Below, one piece after another: positions 28,925-41,721 of a stretch of DNA of 64,000 nucleotides (positions within the stretch are counted from its first letter, which is position 1; every line of letters starts with the position of its first letter). Both the position numbers and the translations under genes were made by a program. Location of the stretch: the NCBI GenBank assembly GCA_965223665.1, contig OZ245011.1, positions 1,632,001 to 1,696,000 on the forward strand, given 5' to 3'. Below the pieces are notes generated by a model that did not search any database, was not told where the DNA came from, and saw only the letters and a program-made list of their open reading frames with translations. Source of the DNA: Nitrospinaceae bacterium (GTDB lineage Bacteria > Nitrospinota > Nitrospinia > Nitrospinales > Nitrospinaceae).

Positions 28925-31900
28925 TTACCTATCACGCTTGGCAATGGATTGAAAGGGAATACTTGAGGTTCCAATCATGGAACTAACCACAACGGGGGCA
29001 GCTAAACCAACATTAATAAGACTAAATGCTTCACCAATGAACGTTCCTAAGCGCCCATATGCGAAATTATTACCCCGAACATTATACCAGTAGGGTGTAT
29101 TCAAAGTATCATGAACGCCAGAGAAAGCTTCGACTACATAATCAATAAAACCACCAGACTTGCAACTCCATTTAATGAAATTACCTTCTCCACCTTGTAA
29201 CCCTCCTAGTGGACTCACTTGGGACATATCTAAAGTCCCATCTGGGTATTCCGTTATACGATTCCCCGCTATTTTAGGCCCAATTCCATTAAAACCCATA
29301 CTATCTCCAGAAGCATTCCATTTTCCCCAAGTTTCCGACATTGGGTCATAAGTTAGCTTACTAGATAACTTTACCTGAAATTTACGCATCTCAATGGCAA
29401 AATAGGTAGTAATTGAAATTGCGAAACTTGTAATAAATCCTTCTAAAAAGTCTCCTCCCTTCAACTCTTCTGTTATCCCACCTGCGATGGATGTTACTCC
29501 CACTCGCTTAAGATCCCAAGTTTTTCCGAATTTTGCTCCAATGGCTCCAGACATTGCGCCGGACACCGCACCAGTAATAAGAGATTTCCAAAAGTTGACT
29601 TTATATCCAGCTGCTTGAAACACCAACGCGCTAGCTCCTCCAGTTAGCGCACCTATCATAGCACCATCTGCAATACCTGCTCCCATAGGACCTAATGAAG
29701 AAAAAATGCCAGTTCCACCAGCATAAGCTGTGGCAACAGCAACAAACTGTTGAAAGGCCATTATTCCAATATTCCAATTTGTTGCTTCACCTTGTGCAAC
29801 GGTAATTCCTACCCAAGGACCCCCAATCATAGCCGCAAGAAACCCTTTAAATAAAGCTTTGAAGAAATGCCCAGACGGATCGGTATAAATAATTGGGTTG
29901 TTGCGGGTGTAGGTGTAGCGGTTGAGGGATTCGTAGTCGAAGGGATTCTGCACAAATGCATCGGGGGTGATGAAGCGGGCCAGGTTTGGATCGTAGTAGC
30001 GCGCTTCGTAGAAATAGAGATCCGTACTTTCATCCAATTCCTTGCCGGTGAACTTGTAACGGGCATTAAAGGTTGGTCCGTTATCCGAATGCACTTTTCC
30101 GTACGGAAGGTAAATTAAGTCTTCGATGTTATTGCCGCCACTGTCAGTGGTTAAACTGGTCGATCCCAAATGATCGCCATGGAAATATTTGGCGTTGCTG
30201 CCGGTGCCTGCATCGATTTGCGCTATGCGCGTACCGCCGGCAAAAATGTAGATAATACAACTGCCGCCTTCACACACATGGGATTTGCCGATGTAAATGG
30301 TATCGACACTGCCCACGGTTTTCTTCACCCGGCCGCCGTCGCCATCGTAAACAAAGTCGGTAACCACACTGCCTTTGGTGATTTGGGTCGGCCGGTTCTC
30401 GAAATCGTACACCATCGATTTACCGGCGGTATCTCCGGTCATGTTTCCGTTGGCGTCGTAGGAATAGGTGACTCCATTTGCGGTTTTCACTGCATGCGGT
30501 GTCGGATTGCCCTGCCCACTGGGGAAATAAGTATAAGTACCTCCGTTTTTAGAATTGGAGGTCATGTTGCCAATGGTATCGTAGGCATAGGTGACGGTGC
30601 CGTAACCACTGAATCCGTTGATGCCGTTATGAGTCGCGCTGGTTAAACGGTCATGGTCGTCGTAGACATAAGTCTTATTGCCGCGAACCGCATCAGTGAT
30701 TTGAGTGATGTTGCCGCCGGAATCGAAAAAATAATCCAGATCCTGGAAGGTACTCACCACAGGGTGATCGTTCTGTGTGAGCATGGAATCGAGCCGAAAA
30801 TTATCCGGATCGTAAGTATAATCGGTGGTCACTCCATTACCGTATTCGGCTTTCTCGTACTGACCGTTGGCGTTGAAATCAGAATAAGTCACGAAAGTTT
30901 GAGTGGAATCGCTCACACTTTCTAACAACGGTCCGTTGTAAATGTTGGTGATGACCGTTCCATCCGGATACGTTTGAGTCTTCACGCGTCCCAAATTGTC
31001 AAAGGTACTGTGAGCCGTATACGTTTGTCCATCGACCACTTTATCCGAACGGATGACTCGTCCTTTAATATCGTATTCGAAACTTGTAGAGCCGGAGCCG
31101 TCTTCCACTTTAATGAGCCGACCAATGCCATTGGCCACGGAGCCACCACCTCCACCGCCGCCGGTGGTGTAGGTGATGGAAAGCTGCGGCCGTAAGCTGG
31201 TCCCGGTAACCTCACCCGAGTGGAAACGGATACCATCGGTAGTTCCGGCTGACTGGACAACAAATCCATTATTGGTTGAACCGTTAACCCAACTTTGAAT
31301 CACTGCAATTCCTGCCGAATTTAAATTAAATGTCTTATAACCGGTACCGCTTCCTCCATCGATAGTTCCCAAGTCTGTAGTACCTATATTGCCGCTGATA
31401 TCGTTCCAATCGACTGTACTTTCCGACCAGGTGGTCGTCACCTCACGGAACACATGATCTCCGGAACTGCCGTTATATATATTCAAAGAAATGCTGGCAG
31501 AATCTATCGTTGCTCCGCTCGGTATCGAAGAAATGTCCCAGGCGAGTACAGTTTTCAGATCGGTACCGGAACCTTCATCGGATTCTAAATTCACTTCGGT
31601 CCCATAGTTGGTGGTGGGGCTTGCTTCTTTCAGCAAAGCGTCCCGTGTACCGTTGTAACTGCTATCCGGCTCGACACCCTCTTTATAATCGACAGTGGTT
31701 GGAGTTCCACCACCGCCTCCGCCCCCTGTGGTGTAAGTGACAATTAATTTGGGACGAACTGTGGTCCCGGTAACCTCACCCGAATGGAAACGGATACCAT
31801 CGGTAGTTCCGGCTGATTGAACAACAAATCCATTATTGGTTGAACCGTTAACCCAACTTTGAATCACTGCAATTCCTGCCGAATTTAAATTAAATGTCTT

Positions 31901-34900
31901 ATAACCGGTACCGCTTCCTCCATCGATAGTTCCCAAGTCTGTAGTACCTATATTGCCGCTGATATCGTTCCAATCGACTGTACTTTCCGACCAGGTGGTC
32001 GTCACCTCACGGAACACATGATCTCCGGAACTGCCGTTATATATATTCAAAGAAATGCTGGCAGAATCTATCGTTGCTCCGCTCGGTATCGAAGAAATGT
32101 CCCAGGCGAGTACAGTTTTCAGATCGGTACCGGAACCTTCATCGGATTCTAAATTCACTTCGGTCCCATAGTTGGTGGTGGGGCTTGCTTCTTTCAGCAA
32201 AGCGTCCCGTGTACCGTTGTAACTGCTATCCGGCTCAACACCTTCCTGAAACTCTATTGTCGTTTGTGTTCCCCCGCCACCGCCACCGGTGCCGCCATCG
32301 AAGGTGTAGACCACATCACCGACACCTAAAGCTTTTTGCGTGCTGTAATCTTTTTGCACCAGGCGATTGAGCGCATCGTACTGGAAGTGGATTACCTGAC
32401 CCTTGGCATCGGTCTGTTTGACGATGTTACCGACGTTGTCGTACTCGTAAGACCATACCCCCATGTCCGGATCGTCCATACCGATTTTTCGCGACAGCGT
32501 ATTGTAAGTCAGTATCGATTCGTTGCCTTTGTCGTCAGTGGTCTTGAGCAGCTTGCCCTGAACATCGTATTCGTAAGTGGTTTCGGAATAGACGTTGGTG
32601 GTACTGTTCGGATCACAAGAACTGTATGTTCCTGAGAACTCCTGGACGAGGAGTGGTTTGCCGAAGACGTTACGCACTTGCCTAGTTTTATGGCCGTTCG
32701 CATCGATGGTGGCCGAGGTCCAGTCGTCATAACAATTGAGAATGAAGCTACCGTCGGGATTGGTCACTTTGGTTTTACGTCCTGCGAGATCATATTCAAT
32801 CACCACCCATTTTTTGACACCACCGATGTTAAAAAACGGTAGACTGGTTTTCCACACATTTCCGCGCAGATCATAAACGGTTTCGGTGACTATTTCTTTA
32901 TTGTCAGGACCGGTGCTTTTCGTTAAATACTTACGGCCCAATCCATCGAAATACACCTGCGAGGTTTGGCTCAGCGGACCATCGGTTTTCACCTGTTGTG
33001 AACTGATATTGCCGAAGTTGAGATAAGACGTGGTTGTGACGATGTCTTCCGGATCAGTAACTTTAATCACGCGACCCAGCGCATCATACTCTGTCGATAC
33101 CTTCGCACCATTGGGGTCAGTCGCCTCTTTGATCTGCCCATAAAGCCCGTTGGTCATGGACTCGCCCTCAACCCCGTAGTACTTGGTATCAACTTTATGC
33201 CCTAGAGCGTTGGTGCTGGAGATTTCGAACACTTCTTCATCATCGTACTCCATGGTCGAGGTGTTGCCGTTGGCATCGCGGGTACAAATCGGATTGCCCG
33301 CAGCATTGTACGCCAGACGCGTTTCCGGAGAGGTGCCACCGTCGAGCCAGTTCACTGAACGAGTGAGCAAACCTTTTGTAGGCAATTGATTGGTCGAAGC
33401 GGTACCACAACTGCTGGTGCCGTCGTAATACAGATCGGCATGGCTCACTTGGGTACGGCCGGTTCCAATGCCTTCATACGTGGTTTTGGATGTAGGGAAA
33501 CTGAGCAGTCGTTTAGTTAGGTTGTAATCGAACGTTTGCACTACCGTGCGATCATCGAGTGGAGTGTTGGTATCACCGTATTGTTCCTCTTCGATCACAT
33601 TGCCGTAGGCATCGTAAAAATATTTGGTTAAGGTTGTAACATTTCCGCCATGGCCGTCGTAGACCTTCACCTCCACCCATTGTGGTGGCGTGTACCAGGG
33701 TTCCTGGCCGTCGGCATCGGGAGTGTATTGCGTTTTAGTGATCGTCCAGAATGTTCCCGCAGTATCCCTGATTTCCTGGCGGTAAACCGAGCCTTTGGTG
33801 TAACCAATGGAATCGCTGGGATCGTTAGCTCCTACCGCCGTATCGTTCCCCTGATGGAAATACGAATGGTTGACGGTGCGTACACCGTTGGGTCCAGCGG
33901 GACCGGTGACTTTTGCGTGATGAAAACCACGAAACTCTTTGTCCACCAAATGAAAATACCCACCGTCGTATTCGTAATCGGTGCTGGATACATTGCCCCT
34001 GCCATCGTCGGTGGTGACTTTCGTCACCACCTGCGTCACAAACGGTAACAGCGTATTCGAAAAATCAGTGGAGGGAGAGTATTCTATTGTCGAGCTTCCG
34101 CCAAGGCCATTTTCAACCTTAGTTAGGAGGAAGGGTTTAGTATTTTTGTTCAACACACAACGCGATTCCCATCCATCAATGTCATTTGTAAGAACTATGC
34201 ATATATCCAAAAGTCCATCGCCATTAAAGTCTCCCTGGACTCGAGTCCAGGTGCCTGATCCACCATAATTTGCCGTATTATCATGCGCATTGAGAACCAT
34301 CGTTCCGAACGTGGTATCCCCATTATTCAGAACACAACGTGATTCCCAACCCCCATTAGAAGCAAGACCTGTCAACATGATACAAAAATCGGTGAGGCCA
34401 TCACCATTGTAATCCGCAGGAAGTCGTGTCCAGTATTCGGGTCCACCATAATTCACCGTACCATCATGAGTGTTAAGGATCATGGTTCCGAACGTGCCAT
34501 CACCCTTATTCATTACACAACGTGATTCCCAACCTCCATTTTGCGTGTTACCTGAATGCATAATACAAAAATCTGTGAGGCCATCGCCGTTGTAATCTGC
34601 GGGAATTCTTGTCCAGTAGGGAACTCCTCCGTAGTTTACATTTGCATTGTCATGCATCTGATTAATTACTGAACCAAAAGTTCCATCACCATCCCCCATT
34701 ACACAACTGGTTTGCCAACTGGTTGGAGAAGTTCCTGTACCTACCATGCACAGGTCAATTTTGCCATCATTGTTAAAATCGGAAAAATCTCGTGACCAGG
34801 TATTGACATCTCCATAGTTCGCAGGGTCTTGCACTTCATTTATTATCGGGCCAAAAGTTCCATCTCCATGGCCTTCCACACAACTGGTTTGCCAACTGGT

Positions 34901-36409
34901 TGGATAAGTGCCTGTGGCTACCATACAAAGATCAATGTCTCCATCATCATTGAAGTCAATAAAATGTCGTGTCCATGTACCCGGCCCGCCATAATTAATC
35001 GTGTCATGAACATTATCTACCTTTGTCCCAAAATAACCGTCACCCAGACTTGGTATACATTTTGACTTCCACCCAATAGGATTTAGTCCGGTAGCTATAA
35101 TACAAAAGTCGGTGAGACCATCGCCGTTGTAATCTGTTAAATGCCGTGTCCAAGTGCCTGCTCCCTCATAAGATCCTGTGTCGTGAGTATCGGATATTAT
35201 GTTGCCAAATTTCCCATCACCTTGGCTAAAAACACAAAGCGTTTCCCAGCCCTGATCACTGGTTTTCATGAGACAAAGATCAGTAACCGCGTCACCATTT
35301 AAATCGATCGCATGGCGGGTCCAAATACCCTATCCTTCAGTAATATTGGGGTCAATATTGTCTTTTTGATAAGCGAAAAACTCAGCTTCACCCTCTTGGC
35401 TATAGGTAAAATCAATCTTGGGTAAAGTAGTGCCGCCGGTGATGGTGCCGGTGCCGTCGATGGTAGCGTTATCGCCATATTGCTGAATATCAGCCAATAT
35501 TGAACGGGAGGTTTCGGCACTTTCTGTATAGGTAAGTTTGTATGCCCGTTGCAAAGTACCCGCGTTGTTGACGGTGACACTGCCGTTGGAGTTTACAGTC
35601 ACATCTGTGTTGGCACGGACTTCGACGGTTTTGAGTCGTTTCGCGGTTTTCTGTGGCGTGCCCCATTTCAGTGTGTAAATGGGATTTTTGTCATTGCGGT
35701 CTTCCAGGTGAAACACCACACTGTTGGTGGGCTTGAGTCCCAGAGCGGTGTTTCCGGTATAATCAATGCGGGAAAGATACGCCTGGCCCTGGTCATAACT
35801 GTAGTTGATCACCATGTAGTTGCCATGAACGTCTTCTACTCGGTCCAGACACCAGCGGAAAATACGGTCGGGATCATTCGGATCTACCACGCGAGTTTCC
35901 GGGTACTGGCCAAAATAATGCTTCTTGCCCATTTTATCGGTGGCCACAAAGTAAGGACGGTTATTCGAATCATTTAGCTTTTCTACTTTGGTGAAACTGC
36001 CCTCGATTTTGGAATAGTATTCGTTGCCTGTGGTATTGATCAACTCGACATTGATGCCCGAAAGGCGAAACACATAGTCGCCGCCGTTATAGTCCAACCC
36101 GTCTTTGGTCTGCCGCTCGATGACACTCTTCTCCAGTTTCCATCCCATACCGACCCAACCGTTGCCATTGGCGCTGCCATACGTCAAGGCCAACTCCGGT
36201 TGCACCGCTTGTCGCCCCGGCGGGACTTGAATAGGAATACTGGTTGTGGCTGTTCCGGTAAACAAGTCAGCGCGCACCTCTCCCCCAACAGAACCGACAG
36301 GCATGTTTTCATCTGCAAACGCATGCGGCACTGTGAATAAGGTCAGCAGGCTGAATAAAATAAATTGAATTAAAAACCGGATAGATCGGGCGGGTCGGGC
36401 AGCGATCAT
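28925..36409 (-). CDS. Sec-exported TcB/TcC-like RHS (YD-repeat) toxin: SpvB, FG-GAP/VCBS propeller, YD repeats with 2x DNRLRE-like insert, RHS core, toxin CT; interrupted by one in-frame TAG at 35330-35332 (possible pseudogene)
   Basis: SpvB N-terminus TGTATTSIPIQVPPGR..VQPELALTY.S..GNGWVGMGW; ORFs 35330..36409 and 28925..35269 are in the same frame, separated only by TAG plus 20 sense codons; RHS core FTGKELD...YYDP..ARF.TPD...LNRY.Y..NNP..YTDPSGH. Confidence 0.88.
31140..32285 (-). repeat. Near-identical tandem duplication (564-bp period) encoding two DNRLRE/CBM96-like domains with poly-Gly linkers
   Basis: 31199-31681 versus 31763-32245 are almost identical; protein DALLKEASPTTNYG...LAWDISSIPSGATIDSASISL appears twice. 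Confidence 0.95.
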
Positions 36410-36729
36410 GGCAGAGTCCTTCAGGAGTTAAGTTTGGATTAAAAACTAAAAGACATAAAAATGTCCCGCGATTTTTATCTCAAAACCCAATATCTGTCAA
36501 CCTTTAATTTTTTGGAATGGTAAATCTAAAGAGGCTAAAAACAACCTTTTTCTGGTGCAATTACTTGAAATTTTATGTATTATAGCGATATTTTTATTTA
36601 AGAAAATTTTCTATTAGAAAAGAGTTTGACGCCCCGATGTGATGTTTTTGGGAATGCATGGGGAGCTTGGTTTCGGTAAAAGACTGGCTGGGAGTGAGTC
36701 TATCCGGAAAGTTTCAATGAGGAGTTCAG

Positions 36730-37152
36730 TCAGGGTTTGGGGTAGGCTTTTATTTCATCGGTGAAGAATCGCTTTTGGCATTCTGCAACATTATCTTTAA
36801 CGAGAGATTTTTTGAATGCCTGATCAATGCGCAACCATCGTTCTATGAGTTCTTCAGGAACATTGCATTCCACCAGGCTATCCCGCAGCAACTGCAATCT
36901 CACTTGGAACAACTCTTCTGAGATGAACATATGTTTGTGCGCATCTTTAGGGAAACTTCCGGAATAAATCTTGCCCCCGCCCATGTTGGAAGTCATAAAA
37001 TCTGTCTGCTGACTTTCAATGATTTTTTGATCGACGTCTTTAAAAAATTGTTTTAACCAGGGATGCGCATAAATTTTGTCATAAAATATTTTATGGACCC
37101 GTTCCAACAGGGGGCGGCCTCCCAGGCTTTCAAATAAGGTACTGTCTTCCAA
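36730..37152 (-). CDS. Group I truncated (2/2) hemoglobin
   Basis: LFESLGG...FYDKI....L..FF...Q.DF....GG...YSG.....AH.HM.IS...F pattern; GGAG RBS before a TTG start. Confidence 0.88.
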   Translation of the reverse strand: MEDSTLFESLGGRPLLERVHKIFYDKIYAHPWLKQFFKDVDQKIIESQQTDFMTSNMGGGKIYSGSFPKDAHKHMFISEELFQVRLQLLRDSLVECNVPEELIERWLRIDQAFKKSLVKDNVAECQKRFFTDEIKAYPKP

Positions 37153-37164
37153 TAGCCGCTCCTT

Positions 37165-37515
37165 CTATTTTTTCCTGGGTTTGCCATAAACCAAAGCGAG
37201 GGAGTCCATCAGGTATCTATCGTTTACATCGATAAACTTTGCGGCGATCCCATATTGAGTGGGAGAGGTATTTTCCACGGGATCGCATCGGAGAACTTGA
37301 GCTTTCAAACGATTGCTATCCAACTTTTCATTTCCATAAAGATCAATATTTATGTTGGTTCCTTCCTGCAGGTTCTTTTGAATTTTAAAGGAGATGCCTT
37401 CCACGGTCAGATCCATGGTTTGTATGGCTATGGGATTGTCATTGGCAGTCACACTGCCCGCCATTAAAACCGTAACTCGAGGGAAATATCTTTTATCTTT
37501 GGCTTTTTCTTTCAT
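37165..37515 (-). CDS. Single-domain PilZ c-di-GMP receptor
   Basis: RxxxR (KRYFPRV) and DxT/SxxG (DLTVEG) motifs. Confidence 0.85.
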   Translation of the reverse strand: MKEKAKDKRYFPRVTVLMAGSVTANDNPIAIQTMDLTVEGISFKIQKNLQEGTNINIDLYGNEKLDSNRLKAQVLRCDPVENTSPTQYGIAAKFIDVNDRYLMDSLALVYGKPRKK

Positions 37516-37801
37516 AGAAAATTAGTTTAAAGTCAAAATTTTACGGATTCAATACAATTTTCATATTATCCGATACGTTTATTTTTACGGCATAAGGAAA
37601 ATAAACTGCAGGCCATCCTTTGCTTGCCCTTACCACACATCTTCCCACATGGTTTCGACTTTATAATTTGAACCTTCAACAAAGACATCTCGCCGGAATT
37701 TTCTTTTATCTTTTGATTTTTCTTTCATACCATCCAAGGGAAATAAAAATAAAAAAGTTTATAGAGCTTTTCACACTAGGATTCCAGGGTATTTGAAGAA
37801 A

Positions 37802-37875
37802 GGGTTGGCCAGGACTGGGGGAAGTCCTGGCCATTTGTGCCAAACCTTGTCCTTTGCCTAATCAAAGAACAAAGA
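37802..37875 (-). ncRNA. Twin-hairpin structured RNA element downstream of the PAS-MCP gene (copy 1)
   Basis: Two stems, homologous to 42078-42151, with compensatory substitutions and G-U pairs on the minus strand. Confidence 0.6.
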
Positions 37876-37979
37876 CGATAAATAGGATTTTATTTTTGAG
37901 AAATCCATCCTCTCAATAAGCTATTAAATTATGGTCTGTAACTTAACTACTCTACCTTTCTAACTCTGTTATCCACCCC

Positions 37980-39998
37980 TTAAACTTTTGCCTGATTTAC
38001 AATTTGCTGGAGTTCTGATGAAAGTTTGGACAACTCAGTCGCGGCCTGCTGCGAATCATTCGCCGCCTGAGTGGTGCCTTGAGCTGCTTCGGAAACTCCA
38101 GAAATATTTTGCGCAATTTCCTGAGATCCTTTGGCAGCGTTAGAAACGTTTCGACTCATTTCATTAGTGGTTGCCGTTTGTTCTTCCACCGCGCTGGCGA
38201 TGTTATTGGAAATATCATTGATCTGATTGATCACTTCGGAAATTTCCTGAATGGCTTCTACAGAAAGCTTGGTATCTCCCTGTATAGCCTCAATCTTCAT
38301 ACTGATTTCTTCGGTCGCTTTTGCAGTTTGATTGGCCAGTTCTTTTACTTCGTTCGCTACCACGGCAAACCCTTTTCCCGCCTCTCCGGCACGGGCCGCT
38401 TCAATCGTGGCGTTTAAGGCGAGCAAATTGGTTTGTTCCGCAATAGAGGTAATCACTTTGATCACCTGACCTATTTCCTGAGAACTTTCCCCGAGCTGGG
38501 AAACCGTGGCGTTTGTTTTTTCTGCCATTTCTACTGCCGAACGAGAAATTTTGGCAGCATCGCTGGAGCTTTTTGCAATTTCTTTTATGCTCGCAGTCAT
38601 TTCTTCGGTACCGGTGGCCACTGTTTCGACATTAATACTGACCTCCCCGGAAGATTCAGAGACCACCCGGGCCTGAGCTGCGGTTTCTTCGGCATTGCCG
38701 GCTAACTGCTGACTCACCGCTGATAATTCTTCAGAAGAACTTGCAAGTATGGTGGCCTTGTCCGTCACCTGTTTGATAATTTCCTGCATCCCTTCATTCA
38801 TTTCTTTATCCCGTTTTTCCATTTCCAATTTTTTAGTGATCACTTCCCAGGTCACCATGGGCCCCATATAATCTTGATTGTTATCATAAATAGCAGATAC
38901 CAACAGATCCAATGTTTCAGGGCCTACCTGGATTTGAGCGCGATGCGGTAAGTTTTTAGGGTCAGAAAGAATTTTTCTTTGGTGCGCGGGGTTTTTATGG
39001 AAAACATCAATCGACTGTCCCATCATAGAGTCCACCCGAACCGGAAGGTGTTTCTCTAAACCTCTTAAAGTTTCCCTGGAAGCCGGATTCATATACTGAA
39101 TATTTAATTCCATATCAGTACACATAATATTGATGGGTGCGTTTTCCATCATCGAGTTGACCCGGGCCATTCCCTTTTCATTTTCAAGTTTCTTAGTCAC
39201 CACTTCCCAGGTCACCATTGGTCCCATGTAATTTTGATTTTGATCATAAATAGGCGATACCAGCAGGTCCAATGTTTCAGGCCCCACCTGAATCTGGGCT
39301 CGGTGAGGCAAATTATTGGGATCGGCCAAAAGTCTTCTCTGATGGGATGGATTCTTGTGAAAGACATCTATACATTGACCGATCATAGAGTCCACCTGGA
39401 TGGGAAGATACTGCTCCAAACCTTTTAACGTTTTTATTGAACTAGGATTCATATACTGAATATTCAAATCCAAATCCGTACACATTACATTGACAGGTGC
39501 GTTTTCCATCATGGAGTTAATACGCGCCATGGCAGTTTCGGCTTTTATTTTTTCCGTTTCATTGGACCAGTTCACCACATAGCCCTGGCTTTGACGATTT
39601 TCATCAAATATTCCATTGATGGAAGCTTTCAACGTGACTTTTCCAAAAGTAAATTCGGCGGTATGGGGCAGTGCGTGCGGGTTATTTAAAATATTTTCTA
39701 TACGCTTCGGGTCTTTATGAAACCGGTGGATGGACCCACCAACGATTTCATTGAGAGAAACCCGGAACTCTTTGCTGATATCCTCCTGTATCCCCTTTAA
39801 AGTTTCCAAAGCCCTGGGATTGGCATAAATCAAATTATAATTCTTATCTGCAATCAGGACATTTTCCTGGAGACAGTTTAGGGAATTCAACAAATGGGAA
39901 GCAGAACTTAAAATGGAGGACTCTCCATTGTTGAATAAACTTTTAAATAAGGATGGTTTTGGTTTAGAACCTGGTAGAGTATCGTAATATTGAGTCAT
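37980..39998 (-). CDS. Soluble methyl-accepting chemotaxis protein with three PAS domains (Aer2-like, probable heme/O2 sensor)
   Basis: No TM; three PAS domains with I(H/D)xFHKxP; MCP tip [34 protein letters not shown]. Confidence 0.93.
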   Translation of the reverse strand: MTQYYDTLPGSKPKPSLFKSLFNNGESSILSSASHLLNSLNCLQENVLIADKNYNLIYANPRALETLKGIQEDISKEFRVSLNEIVGGSIHRFHKDPKRIENILNNPHALPHTAEFTFGKVTLKASINGIFDENRQSQGYVVNWSNETEKIKAETAMARINSMMENAPVNVMCTDLDLNIQYMNPSSIKTLKGLEQYLPIQVDSMIGQCIDVFHKNPSHQRRLLADPNNLPHRAQIQVGPETLDLLVSPIYDQNQNYMGPMVTWEVVTKKLENEKGMARVNSMMENAPINIMCTDMELNIQYMNPASRETLRGLEKHLPVRVDSMMGQSIDVFHKNPAHQRKILSDPKNLPHRAQIQVGPETLDLLVSAIYDNNQDYMGPMVTWEVITKKLEMEKRDKEMNEGMQEIIKQVTDKATILASSSEELSAVSQQLAGNAEETAAQARVVSESSGEVSINVETVATGTEEMTASIKEIAKSSSDAAKISRSAVEMAEKTNATVSQLGESSQEIGQVIKVITSIAEQTNLLALNATIEAARAGEAGKGFAVVANEVKELANQTAKATEEISMKIEAIQGDTKLSVEAIQEISEVINQINDISNNIASAVEEQTATTNEMSRNVSNAAKGSQEIAQNISGVSEAAQGTTQAANDSQQAATELSKLSSELQQIVNQAKV

Positions 39999-40405
39999 TC
40001 ATTTATCTCCAAGCGCTTTGCGGCTATTTGAAAAATTATTTTGTCAGGATTTTTTTGGCACAAAAATCACTTAACTGAACTCAGCATGAATTTAAATCAA
40101 AATGAAAGGAGCAATTTGTTAAGTAAACCCATTATCATTATCAAGATGAAATGATTTCCCCTGTTTTGTAAAGCCACAAAAAATGCATACACAACCCATA
40201 CAAAACCCCATAGGCAAAACCCGTCCAAAGAGATTAAACCAACGGAAAATTTTGATTCGATTTCTTTAACCGAATTTTCCAAAAAAATATTTAAATCTCT
40301 AATTTTCAGACTATTTCAAATATTGGCTGGGAAATCTTAGACTTGGAGGAACCGTTCTTTTTGGAGAATCAAATTTTTCATACAAAGTATGCACTCAGAA
40401 ATGCG

Positions 40406-41419
40406 TCAGGAAACCTTAACCTTTATACAATTTCGTCCACTCTCCTTGGCTTCGTATAAGGCCTGATCGGCTCTTTCAAAAAATTTTTCTTCCGAATCAC
40501 CTTTTGCTAACGTAGTCAACCCAAGGCTTATCGTGGTGGTCAACTTCTTTTCTTTAAATACCAGATAATCTTTTTCTACCGTGACTCGAATTTTTTCAGC
40601 AATCTTCTTTCCAATGCTTAAAGGACATTCTTTCAATAAGACAACAAACTCTTCTCCGCCATAGCGGAACACATCGTCTGATTTCCGGACACAACCCTGG
40701 AGAGTCTCTGCTACTGAACAAATCACCTTATCGCCCAGTTTATGACCATACGTGTCATTAAAATTTTTAAAATGATCGATATCACAAACGATTAGAATGG
40801 CGGGTTTTTCATATTTCCCAATTTCCTGAATGACTTGACTGACTGTAAAATTATAAGCCGATCTATTTAAGGTTTTTGTAAGTGGATCAATTACAGCGGC
40901 GGCTTTCGTCTCTTCAATTTGATTGGAAATACTTTGAATCATATTCTGGTTGGTATTTAATTCTTCTTTATAACTTTGAGTCTTCCTTTTCATATTCAAG
41001 GCATCAGTAATAATTTCATCCTTAATCGCCAAAATTTCATTTAAATCTTTAGCGGAACTAATACTGTTTGCATGATCTGTAAATCCCCTGTCAAAATCAC
41101 CCAGTTCTCCCAGGATATCTTTAAGGGTGCTTACCATTTCCAATACAATCCCTTTCGTTCCCTCTTTCTGTGAACTATGAAAATTTTTTTCCAGGTTCTG
41201 GCTTTTAAAAAAGTTTTCTATACTTTTTCCCAAATCAGTTGCTTTCCCAATCCGGGCAGCCTTTCGAATTACTTTTTCTAATTGGGTTATTGAAATGGCC
41301 AGGGCATCGGTTTCCGCAACCTGGGTTTTCATTCCATTCAAAAATACCAGTAGCAAATTACATACTCGATCCGTAAACTCCGTGGAGACGTTTCTCACTT
41401 CTGTGGTTTTAACTGCCAT
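40406..41419 (-). CDS. Diguanylate cyclase (helical N-terminus plus GGDEF)
   Basis: DPLT..LNR, DIDHFK..ND.YGH..GD, RxxD I-site (RKSD), RYGGEEF. Confidence 0.95.
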   Translation of the reverse strand: MAVKTTEVRNVSTEFTDRVCNLLLVFLNGMKTQVAETDALAISITQLEKVIRKAARIGKATDLGKSIENFFKSQNLEKNFHSSQKEGTKGIVLEMVSTLKDILGELGDFDRGFTDHANSISSAKDLNEILAIKDEIITDALNMKRKTQSYKEELNTNQNMIQSISNQIEETKAAAVIDPLTKTLNRSAYNFTVSQVIQEIGKYEKPAILIVCDIDHFKNFNDTYGHKLGDKVICSVAETLQGCVRKSDDVFRYGGEEFVVLLKECPLSIGKKIAEKIRVTVEKDYLVFKEKKLTTTISLGLTTLAKGDSEEKFFERADQALYEAKESGRNCIKVKVS

Positions 41420-41517
41420 TAATTTTGTTATTTATAAAGAATGGATATGGAGGTTTTTTTTAATTTTTTCCTGGCCGTGGCAAATGACACCCTTCTGCAT
41501 AAACAAGGATGCCTAGA

Positions 41518-41721
41518 CTAATTTGAAGTCTTTTCTTTAAGTTCTTTCTCTAATTGCAAAATGTATTTATCCTTTTTCTTATTCTGTTCAATATGCGCAT
41601 TGACCACCTGTTTTAATCGTAATATTTCACCGGTTAATTCTTTATGGATTTGAGACAGTTCTTCCTCAAGCTTTCGAATCACCAACTCATCACCCTTGTC
41701 AACCATAACGAATGATTTCAT
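41518..41721 (-). CDS. Small coiled-coil hypothetical protein
   Basis: 67-aa ORF with heptad pattern; AGGT RBS-like sequence upstream. Confidence 0.55.
   Translation of the reverse strand: MKSFVMVDKGDELVIRKLEEELSQIHKELTGEILRLKQVVNAHIEQNKKKDKYILQLEKELKEKTSN

Noticed and set aside
35299-35580. Frameshift explanation for the split RHS gene via the overlapping 93-aa ORF
   Set aside because: The two large ORFs are in the same frame; the lesion is a single TAG.
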